Assembly (NCBI GenBank): GCA_021816765.1
Contig: JAKAXB010000003.1
Location: 100,074-164,073 of the forward strand
DNA from: Natronospirales bacterium
GTDB lineage: Bacteria; Pseudomonadota; Gammaproteobacteria; Natronospirales; REEB76
Length of the DNA stretch: 64,000 bases
Reading direction: 5' to 3'
The translations under genes and the position numbers were made by a program. Each line of letters starts with the position of its first letter. Positions within the stretch are counted from its first letter, which is position 1. Shown in pieces: positions 30,431 through 38,054 of the stretch. The notes below the pieces were generated by a model. The model made no database searches, was not told where the DNA came from, and saw only the letters and a list, made by a program, of their open reading frames with translations.

Positions 30431-31168
30431 TCATAATTCCTGCAATAGTGCTTCCAGCAGCGCACGCACCTGATCCATTCCTTTCTTGAGATAAACCTCA
30501 ATTTCGGCATGAATGTCCTCGCGGCTTTTGCCCGCCGCACGGTTGGCGATCACCGCACAACAGGCATATGCGAGTTGCTGCTCGCGCGCCAGCGCCGCTT
30601 CCGGCATGCCGGTCATGCCCACCAGGTCACAGCCGTCGCGCTCCATGCGGCGGATTTCCGCCGCCGTCTCGAGACGCGGCCCCTGGGTTGCGCCATAGGT
30701 GCCAGCGGCGACGAATTGCAGTCGGGCCGCCTGCGCCGCGGCGATCAGCTTCTGGCGCAGCGCCTCGTCGTAGGGATGGGTAAAATCTACGTGAGTGACC
30801 CGTTCCAGGTCCTGCTCGAAGAAGGTATGCGCACGGCGGTAGGTGTAGTCAACGATCTGATTGGGGAAGGCGAGCCAGCCCGGCCGCATGTCAGCGCGAA
30901 TACCACCCACGGCGGCCATGGCCAATACTTGTTGCACACCGATGCTTTTGAGCGCCCAGATGTTGGCGCGGTAGTTCACCTTGTGAGGCGGGATGGTATG
31001 TGCATAGCCGTGACGCGCCAGAAACACCACGTTGCGGTCCGCCAACCGTCCATGGGTAAGGGGTCCCGAGGGTTCACCGTAGGGCGTATAAACCACCTCG
31101 CGGCGCACGATCTCGATACCGTTAAGGGAGGCAAGTCCGGTACCGCCGATGATGGCGAGATCAGTCAT
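30431..31168 (-). CDS. mtnP: 5'-methylthioadenosine/methylthioinosine phosphorylase family enzyme
   Basis: Track ORF trimmed to the ATG at 31168 (MTDLAIIGGTGL...), 2 nt after the hpt stop. 245 aa; MTAP-type motifs FLARHG, TQGPRLETAAE, VGMTGMPEA. Confidence 0.85.
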   Translation of the reverse strand: MTDLAIIGGTGLASLNGIEIVRREVVYTPYGEPSGPLTHGRLADRNVVFLARHGYAHTIPPHKVNYRANIWALKSIGVQQVLAMAAVGGIRADMRPGWLAFPNQIVDYTYRRAHTFFEQDLERVTHVDFTHPYDEALRQKLIAAAQAARLQFVAAGTYGATQGPRLETAAEIRRMERDGCDLVGMTGMPEAALAREQQLAYACCAVIANRAAGKSREDIHAEIEVYLKKGMDQVRALLEALLQEL

Positions 31169-31170
31169 GC

Positions 31171-31743
31171 TTATTGCCCGTGTTGGTCCGTGGTTTGACA
31201 CAGCGCGTAGATCGCCGGAAAATTGCGCAGATAATTCTTGTAATCCAGTCCGCAGCCGAAAACATACCGGTCTGGTACTTCCAGGCCCACGAAATCCGGC
31301 TGCAGGCCGGTACGCTTGCGTGCGTGATGCTTCCTCACCAGTACCGCCGTGAACACCCGCCGGGAGCCCCGGGTTCGACAATCCTGCGTGACCTGCTCCA
31401 GCGTCACCCCCTCGTCGAAGATGTCATCCACCAGCAATATCACACGATCGCACACCGGGAGCGTGGGCCGCACGCGCCATTCCAGTTCCCGGCCCGAGGT
31501 GCCGCCCCGGTAGCGGGTGGCGTGCACGTAATCCAGCTGCAACGGGAAACACAGCCTCGGCAGCAGCCAGCCCGCAGGAATGATGCCACCGGTCATCACG
31601 CACAGCACCAGCGGATTGCTGCCGGCCAGCACCTGCGTAATCTCCTCCGCCATTTGGCCGATGGCTGCCTGCACCGCCTGCGCGGAATGCAGCAGCTCCG
31701 CTTCGCGTTGCACGCGGCGAATTTCCTCCAGCAGCTCGCTCAT
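31171..31743 (-). CDS. hpt: Hypoxanthine-guanine phosphoribosyltransferase
   Basis: Track ORF trimmed to the ATG at 31743 (MSELLEEIRR...). PRPP-binding loop VILLVDDIFDEGVTL; C-terminal GCGLDYKNYLRNFPAIYAL. Confidence 0.8.
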   Translation of the reverse strand: MSELLEEIRRVQREAELLHSAQAVQAAIGQMAEEITQVLAGSNPLVLCVMTGGIIPAGWLLPRLCFPLQLDYVHATRYRGGTSGRELEWRVRPTLPVCDRVILLVDDIFDEGVTLEQVTQDCRTRGSRRVFTAVLVRKHHARKRTGLQPDFVGLEVPDRYVFGCGLDYKNYLRNFPAIYALCQTTDQHGQ

Positions 31744-31750
31744 GATGCGC

Positions 31751-32797
31751 TCAAGTCTCCAGTCGGAATTCGCCGCCGGCATAATGGCTTTCAAGCGCGG
31801 CGCGTGCCTCTCGCCATTCGCGGCTGGCGTGCAGTTCTTCCCAGGAGATATCCTCGCGGCCATGCAGGCGCACCAGCCGCCACTGACTCATGGGATTTGC
31901 ATAGTTACCCAGACCCTGCAGGATAGCCATGACACCTGCCCGATTGTTGCATACTGGCAGCATGTCGCAGCCCGCCTCCAGTGCCATATGCGCGCGTGTC
32001 ATATAATCACCCGTACTTGCCGCACCACGCATGCTCAAATCATCACAAAATACCGCACCATTGAACCCCAGGCGTTCGCGCAATTCCCGCACGATCCAGC
32101 GCCGTGACAGGCTCGCAGGCAATGCGTCCATGGCCGGATATTCCACATGCGCCATCATCATCGCCGGCAGTTCTAGGCGGATGAGACGCTCAAAGGGCTT
32201 CAGGTCGTGCCGCCGGATTTCCTCCAGGGGGCGATTGTCCACCGGCAGCATGTGGTGGGAGTCGCCCTGCACCGCACCATGGCCGGGAAAATGCTTGCCG
32301 GTGGCGGCCATGCCGGCGCGACGCATGCCCAAGAGCCAGGCGCGGCCCAGTTCGCCCGTTGCCTCCGCCCCACGGTGGAAGGCACGGTCACCGATGACGC
32401 TGCTCACGCCATGATCCAGATCCAGCACTGGCGCAAAACTCAGGTCCAGGCCCACGGCACGCAATTCCGCAGCCATGATCCAGGCCGTATCTTCTGCAAG
32501 CCGGCGTCCCGCGCTGATGTCACGGTCATACACCTGGCCAAAAAGCCGCGCCGGCGGCAACGGCGTGAAGTCCTCGCGGAAACGCTGTATGCGGCCGCCT
32601 TCCTGATCCACCGCCACCAGCAGCGGCGGGCTGCGCAAACCATGAATAGCCGATACCAGAGCCGCAAGCTGTTCCGGATGGGCGTAATTGCGGGTAAACA
32701 GTATCACGCCGCCCACCAGCGGGTGGAGCAGAATTTCCCGCTCCTCGGCGCTAATCTGCGCACCGCCAATATCCAGCATGAGGGGTCCAAGACTCAC
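31751..32797 (-). CDS. nagZ: Beta-N-acetylhexosaminidase NagZ
   Basis: 348 aa. The GTG start at 32797 overlaps the rlmD stop (GTGA). The N-terminus SLGPLMLDIGGAQISAEEREILLHPLVGGVILF aligns with E. coli NagZ MGPVMLDVEG...AEEREIL. Has the KHFPGHG motif. Confidence 0.9.
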   Translation of the reverse strand: MSLGPLMLDIGGAQISAEEREILLHPLVGGVILFTRNYAHPEQLAALVSAIHGLRSPPLLVAVDQEGGRIQRFREDFTPLPPARLFGQVYDRDISAGRRLAEDTAWIMAAELRAVGLDLSFAPVLDLDHGVSSVIGDRAFHRGAEATGELGRAWLLGMRRAGMAATGKHFPGHGAVQGDSHHMLPVDNRPLEEIRRHDLKPFERLIRLELPAMMMAHVEYPAMDALPASLSRRWIVRELRERLGFNGAVFCDDLSMRGAASTGDYMTRAHMALEAGCDMLPVCNNRAGVMAILQGLGNYANPMSQWRLVRLHGREDISWEELHASREWREARAALESHYAGGEFRLET

Positions 32798-34140
32798 GGC
32801 GCGGTATCCTCCCGTGTGAACACGGCCATGGATTCCACATGAGCCGTGTGAGGAAACATATCGAGTACACCCGCCGCCAGCAGCCGGTACCTGCGCGCGT
32901 GTACCAGTGTACCGGCATCGCGTGCCAGCGTCGCCGGATGGCAGGACACATAAACGATGCGTGGCGGACCTGATTTCCCCAACTGGTCAAGAATTTCACG
33001 CGCGCCGGTACGCGGTGGATCCAGCAGCAGACGGTCATACGGCTGGCGCAGCCAGATTGCCCGCGACTGATCTGCAAACAAGTCGGCCTGATAAAAGTTC
33101 GCGTTGTTCAATGCATTACGTTGCGCATTGGCGCGCGCCCGCTTCACCAATCCCGCCTCACCTTCCACACCCGTCACGCTCTCCGCAAGCCGCGCCAGTG
33201 GCAAGGTGAAATTTCCAAGGCCACAGAAAAGATCCAGTACATGATGCCGTGACTCCACCTGCAAAAGCTCGATCGCTCTTTTCACCAGTTGCCGGTTAAT
33301 TTCGCTGTTTACCTGGATGAAATCGCCAGGTTCGAAAGCAATCTGCACATCCCACTCCGCCAGTCGGTAACTGAGCGTCACACGATCACCGCCAAGCGGC
33401 TCCGCTGTCTCAACGCTGCCGGGTTGCAGGTAAAAACACACGGCATGTTTACGCTCAAAGTCGGAGAGTTTCTTGCGGTCGGCATCGCTCGGCCCTGACA
33501 GAAGGCGTAATACCAATACCGTCGCCACTTCATCAACGGCGGCTTCAATCTGCGGGATGCGATCGGCAATGCTTAGCGTATTCAGCAACTCGGCCAACGG
33601 CAGGATGAGTTCCCCTACCCTGGGATCCAGCGTCTCGCAACGGCGCGTGTCAGTGACATGGGGGGTGTTTTTCCCCACAAAACCGATGAGCACACGTCCT
33701 TCCGCCGGCACATGGCGTACCGACAAACGAGCCCGCCGCCGGTAGCCCCACACCGGTGCCGTAAGCGGCGGCAGTACCTCCACCGGCTGCACATGACCGA
33801 TACGTCGGAGATTATCCAGCAGGGCCTGTTGTTTAACGACGAGTTGCGCTGCCGGCATGAGATGCTGCATTGCACAGCCGCCACAGGTGACGAAATGGGA
33901 ACAGCGCGGCTCCACCCTGTGCGGCGAGGCACGGTGGATTTCAAGTACCCGCGCCTCATCGTATTCACGCCGCCTGCGCAGGTAACGGAAGCTGACTTCC
34001 TCGTCTGGCAGCGCACCCTCGATGAACACGGTCTTGCCATCCAGGCGGGCGATACCGCGACCGTCATGAGAAAACCCTTCCACGCCGGCGTGCGACACGC
34101 CGGCGGGTATGTCACGCTGCGCCGCCCGCTGCGCTCGCAT
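32794..34140 (-). CDS. rlmD: 23S rRNA (uracil-C5)-methyltransferase RlmD
   Basis: Track ORF 32794..34176 trimmed to the ATG at 34140, which shares one nt with the upstream stop (TGATG). TRAM domain, Fe-S cysteines (C...CGGC), SAM motif DLFCGLGNF, catalytic YVSC. Confidence 0.85.
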   Translation of the reverse strand: MRAQRAAQRDIPAGVSHAGVEGFSHDGRGIARLDGKTVFIEGALPDEEVSFRYLRRRREYDEARVLEIHRASPHRVEPRCSHFVTCGGCAMQHLMPAAQLVVKQQALLDNLRRIGHVQPVEVLPPLTAPVWGYRRRARLSVRHVPAEGRVLIGFVGKNTPHVTDTRRCETLDPRVGELILPLAELLNTLSIADRIPQIEAAVDEVATVLVLRLLSGPSDADRKKLSDFERKHAVCFYLQPGSVETAEPLGGDRVTLSYRLAEWDVQIAFEPGDFIQVNSEINRQLVKRAIELLQVESRHHVLDLFCGLGNFTLPLARLAESVTGVEGEAGLVKRARANAQRNALNNANFYQADLFADQSRAIWLRQPYDRLLLDPPRTGAREILDQLGKSGPPRIVYVSCHPATLARDAGTLVHARRYRLLAAGVLDMFPHTAHVESMAVFTREDTAP

Positions 34141-34937
34141 CAGGCGCCCGCTGCGCGATCGAATTCTACTGACCATGCGGCAAGAAATTCAAGAAGATGT
34201 CCCTTGTCGGCGTGGGAAAGCGTATCACGCACGCGCGTGCATTCATCACGATAGCGCTGCCGGTCCAACCGGCCCCGCATCAACTCGAAACGCAGATGGA
34301 TAAGGTAGGTATTGAGACTGTCGGTCTCGCAGTAATCCCGGATGCGGCCAATCTGGCCGGTGAGGAACGCCTCCCATACCTTGCTGCCGTGCATGCCGAG
34401 CTTACCCGGCAGACCGCAAAGCTGGGCGATTTCATCCAGGGGTGCGCTGGCCCGCACCTGGAACCCGGCCAGCACGTCCATGAGATCCGTGTGGCGCCAG
34501 TGGAAACGTGACAGGTAATTGTTATAACGAAAGCCCGTGTCCGTTTCACCCACCTCCCAGTAGCGGGGTGCGGCGATGCCGTGGCGCAAAGCGCGATAGT
34601 GCAACACCGGCAGGTCAAAACCGCCGCCGTTCCAGGACACAATATCGGGTGTGAACTTCTCGATACCCTCGAAAAAACGGCCGATCAGCTCCCCTTCGCC
34701 CGCTTCCGGCGTACCCACGGACCAAACCTTGAAATCCTCGCCGCGGCGCAGAGCGATGGAAATGGCCACCACCCGATGCAGGTGGAGCGGCAGGAATTCA
34801 CTGCCCCCGGTTTCCTGACGGCGCTGCTGGAACATGGCACGTGCCGTATCTTCATCGGAAAGTCCCTGCAGACCGTAGAGCTGCCGGCCTGCTTCCACAT
34901 CCGGAATAGTTTCGATATCGAAGGCCAGAACGTTCAT
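34140..34937 (-). CDS. Stand-alone DEDDy 3'-5' exonuclease related to the PolB exonuclease domain
   Basis: Track ORF trimmed to the ATG at 34937 (MNVLAFDIETIPD...). Exo I FDIET, Exo II SWNGGGFDLPVL, Exo III YCETDSLNTY are all intact. Confidence 0.75.
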   Translation of the reverse strand: MNVLAFDIETIPDVEAGRQLYGLQGLSDEDTARAMFQQRRQETGGSEFLPLHLHRVVAISIALRRGEDFKVWSVGTPEAGEGELIGRFFEGIEKFTPDIVSWNGGGFDLPVLHYRALRHGIAAPRYWEVGETDTGFRYNNYLSRFHWRHTDLMDVLAGFQVRASAPLDEIAQLCGLPGKLGMHGSKVWEAFLTGQIGRIRDYCETDSLNTYLIHLRFELMRGRLDRQRYRDECTRVRDTLSHADKGHLLEFLAAWSVEFDRAAGA

Positions 34938-35056
34938 GCGGCACCTTGCGTCGGGGGGGCTTGCAGTGTAGCAAACCGGCCCTGCAGGGTCGAAACCTTT
35001 GACCGCCGCAGCAAAAAACCGCACCATAACCTGCCACTCAAACTGCACGCTCGCCC

Positions 35057-37024
35057 ATGGGGAAATACATCACGGCTGCACTGTTGGCACTGGCGCTGCC
35101 GGCTGTCGGCTCCGCGACGTTCGCCGCGGGTGCCGGTCAGCCGCAACTGACCGAGCAGACCTACTTTGAGAACCTGCCGGTAGTGCTCACCGCTTCGCGC
35201 ATCAGCCAGCGCGTGGATCAGTCTCCCGTGCCTGTGACGGTCATAGACCGTCAGGAAATCAAGGCCTCCGGGGCGCGCGATATCCTCGACCTGCTGCGGC
35301 TGGTGCCGGGCATGATTGTGGCCCATGACAGCGGCATCACCGGCTCGGCGGACTTTATCTTTGGTGATCGCTACGCGCGCCGCATGCAAGTACTCATTGA
35401 CGGCCGTAGCGTGTATACGCCTATCTTCGGTCAGGTGGACTGGTCCACATTGCCGGTCGCCATCGAAGACATCAAGCGCATCGAAGTGGTGCGTGGACCG
35501 GATCCCTCTGCTTACGGCGCGAACTCTTTCCTCGGCGTCATCAATATCATTACCCGCAAGCCGCAAGATGAGCAAGGCGGCACCGCCCACCTGCAGATCG
35601 GCAACGATGGCATCAACCGCTTCATGGGACGTTACGGTGGCGAGGCTGGCAGCACCGCCTGGCGGCTCACTGCAGTCACTTGGGGTGATCACGGGTTCGC
35701 CACGCCGCCCGCCATCGGCCAAGTGGACACCCAACAGACCACTTTCATCAATGGACGGTTGTCGCTGATGCCCGGAAGTGATAATCGCATGGATATACAG
35801 TTCGGCGACAGCGCCGGTCACCGTACCATCGGCGAGCTGGATCGCAATACTTACCCACCCCACAACCTGGATACCGGTGATAATTTTCAGCAGATGCGCT
35901 GGCAATTCGGCCTGGACCCGAATAACAACCTGACATTCAGTTTTTCTCATGATCTCTACGACATCACCGAGCGGCTGACTACCCAGCCTGTTTCCTTCGC
36001 CGGTGGTGCGGTTGTACCGCTGAATTACGACCTGCGGGGTCAGCGCTATGACACTGAACTGCAGCAAACGATGCAGCTTGGCAACAGCGTGCGCGCCGTC
36101 TGGGGCGCCGGCACACGACTTGACAGTGTACTGTCCGCCTCCTACTTCAGCAGCAATCAACCGATCTACGACCGGGAATACCGTGTGTTCTCCCATGCCG
36201 AATGGCAGATAACGTCCAAGTTGCTCGGTAATCTGGGCGCCATGTGGGAGCATGCGGACATCGGCGGCACCGCACTGTCGCCCAACGCCGCCTTGAATTA
36301 TTCCTTTAAACCGGAACGCACGCTGCGGCTCGGAGTCAGCAGTGCCACCCGCAATCCACTGATTCTCGAGGAGAATGCCAACCAGCGATTCACCACCGGG
36401 TCATTGTTCTATCAGAGTTTTTTCAGCACCGGTGGACTCGAACCCGAGCGCATCACTTCTTACGATTTCGGCTATGTGGGCGAGGCATGGAGTCCGGATG
36501 TGCGTCTGGATGCGCGGGTTTTCCAGGATTACATCCACGGGCTGATTTTCACATTCGATCTGCCTTACCAGGATTCCTTCAAGAACCATACCTACGATTT
36601 TCGCAACAAGGATCGTGCCACCGTGCACGGGGCGGAATTCCAGATGGACTGGCATTACGGCACATCCAGCCGTTTCATCGTGAATTACGCTTACGTGACT
36701 GCTTCCAGCACCAACATTGACGATCATTACTCATTGAGCACACCCCACAATATTTTCTCCATGCTGCTGATCCGGGATTTCTCCTCGGGCGTGACGGCGA
36801 GCGTTGGCTACTATTTCCTGGGATCCATGTATGGACTGGATACCGGCGAGCCGGTGGGTCCGCAGCGCCGGCTGGATTTGCACATCGCTGCGCCACTGCC
36901 CGGCGGGCCGCGTGGCGCGGCAGTGGGCCTGACCATACAGAGCGCACTTGGCAGTTACATAGACTTCCGTCAGGCGAATATATTTGAGCCGCGTATTTAC
37001 GCGGATCTCACTGTCCCGTTCTGA
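35057..37024 (+). CDS. TonB-dependent outer-membrane receptor (small, ~650 aa)
   Basis: Signal peptide MGKYITAALLALALPAVGSATFA, plug domain (VTVIDRQEIKASGARDILDLLRLVPGM, IEVVRGPDPSAYGANSFLGVINIITRKP), beta-rich barrel, and a C-terminal aromatic (...DLTVPF). Confidence 0.85.
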   Translation: MGKYITAALLALALPAVGSATFAAGAGQPQLTEQTYFENLPVVLTASRISQRVDQSPVPVTVIDRQEIKASGARDILDLLRLVPGMIVAHDSGITGSADFIFGDRYARRMQVLIDGRSVYTPIFGQVDWSTLPVAIEDIKRIEVVRGPDPSAYGANSFLGVINIITRKPQDEQGGTAHLQIGNDGINRFMGRYGGEAGSTAWRLTAVTWGDHGFATPPAIGQVDTQQTTFINGRLSLMPGSDNRMDIQFGDSAGHRTIGELDRNTYPPHNLDTGDNFQQMRWQFGLDPNNNLTFSFSHDLYDITERLTTQPVSFAGGAVVPLNYDLRGQRYDTELQQTMQLGNSVRAVWGAGTRLDSVLSASYFSSNQPIYDREYRVFSHAEWQITSKLLGNLGAMWEHADIGGTALSPNAALNYSFKPERTLRLGVSSATRNPLILEENANQRFTTGSLFYQSFFSTGGLEPERITSYDFGYVGEAWSPDVRLDARVFQDYIHGLIFTFDLPYQDSFKNHTYDFRNKDRATVHGAEFQMDWHYGTSSRFIVNYAYVTASSTNIDDHYSLSTPHNIFSMLLIRDFSSGVTASVGYYFLGSMYGLDTGEPVGPQRRLDLHIAAPLPGGPRGAAVGLTIQSALGSYIDFRQANIFEPRIYADLTVPF

Positions 37025-37058
37025 CGGCAACAGGCATCAGGGAAGAGTGGCTGCGAAT

Positions 37059-38054
37059 ATGATGAAAGAATTTTCCCATACTGCGCCTGTACCATGGCTC
37101 TGCATCGGCACGCTCGCCTGCCTGTTCATGCCCGCTCTCGGCGTGCCGCGTACCGGCGGTGCGGTTCCTTCCACAGCTCCGGCATTCGCGCACATCGTGA
37201 TCCTGGAGAGTACAACGGGCGGGCCGTACCATGCGTTCGCGCAAAGTTTCCAGCAAACTCTCGCAACACTTTCTCCGCAGATGTCAACCACGGTGACGGT
37301 GACTACGATTACATCCATTAAAAACGATACTCTGGCAACGTTCGACACCCATGATCTGCTCATCCCCGTGGGTACACAGGCCACCGCGCAAGTGCTCCAA
37401 TGGAATCACAAAGCAGCCGTTTTGAGCGTCCTGGTCCCGGAAATCACCTTTGCACAGCTCGCCAAACAGGCCGACAATGAAACAATATCACGCCCGCTAG
37501 CAGCAATTTATCTGGATCAGCCGCTCATCCGCTATGTGTTGCTGGCAAAGCTGGTAGTCCCTGGCATGAGTACGCTGGGTGTTATTCTCGGTCCGGTCAC
37601 CCGGTCTCAGGGAGATGCGCTGGCACAGGTGACCAGGGCGAACGGACTGAAACTCGCCACCGTCAGCATGCGTGCAGACAGCAGCAACCCTCTGCCGGCT
37701 TTATCCGCGCTGCTGGAAGACAGCAGCGTGCTGCTCGCACTGCCGGATCCGGTGGTGTACAACCGCTATACCCTGCCGCCACTGCTGCTCACCACTTTCC
37801 GTTATCGCGTACCTGTCATTGGTTTTTCGGAAGCTTTCGTAACCGCTGGCGCCGTGGCGGCGGTCTATTCGCGGCCGGCACAGATCGGCCGGCAGGCGGC
37901 GGAGATGCTTTTCCAACCGCTGCCGGCCACCGGGGTCTATCCGCGGTACTTTGACGTGCACTTCAATGCCGCCGTGGCTCAAGCCCTCAGCCTCGCCCTG
38001 CCCTCCGAGGCAGCGGCAGTGGTCGCGCTGCAGAAAGCAGGAAGCGGACCATGA
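37059..38054 (+). CDS. Periplasmic ABC-type substrate-binding-fold protein without cognate transporter (PF04392-like by recall)
   Basis: Track ORF 36984..38054 trimmed to the ATG at 37059 (GGAAGAG upstream). Hydrophobic N-terminus WLCIGTLACLFMPALG. The alternating beta-alpha pattern (HIVILES..., LSVLVPE..., IYLDQP..., LGVILGP..., VLLALPDP..., VPVIGFSEAFVTAGAVAAVY) is typical of type-I binding proteins. The stop overlaps the kinase start (ATGA 38051-38054). Confidence 0.6.
   Translation: MMKEFSHTAPVPWLCIGTLACLFMPALGVPRTGGAVPSTAPAFAHIVILESTTGGPYHAFAQSFQQTLATLSPQMSTTVTVTTITSIKNDTLATFDTHDLLIPVGTQATAQVLQWNHKAAVLSVLVPEITFAQLAKQADNETISRPLAAIYLDQPLIRYVLLAKLVVPGMSTLGVILGPVTRSQGDALAQVTRANGLKLATVSMRADSSNPLPALSALLEDSSVLLALPDPVVYNRYTLPPLLLTTFRYRVPVIGFSEAFVTAGAVAAVYSRPAQIGRQAAEMLFQPLPATGVYPRYFDVHFNAAVAQALSLALPSEAAAVVALQKAGSGP

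Noticed and set aside
31169-31381. N-terminal extensions of many track ORFs. Examples: mtnP into hpt; also yceD to 7624, maf from 7482, the phosphatase to 12685, msbA to 16411, exbD to 16811, aguB from 24905, hpt to 31863, era to 43687, pdxJ to 41995, sdhD to 57093 and nadB from 51520.
   Set aside because: The extensions overlap the upstream gene, are not homologous to the family N-termini, and internal ATG/GTG codons placed right at the upstream stop give products matching homologue lengths.
34938-35056. Fur box, cobalamin or other riboswitch upstream of the TonB-dependent receptor.
   Set aside because: The spacer is only 119 nt and GC-rich. It has no AT-rich 19-bp palindrome and no room for a riboswitch aptamer.
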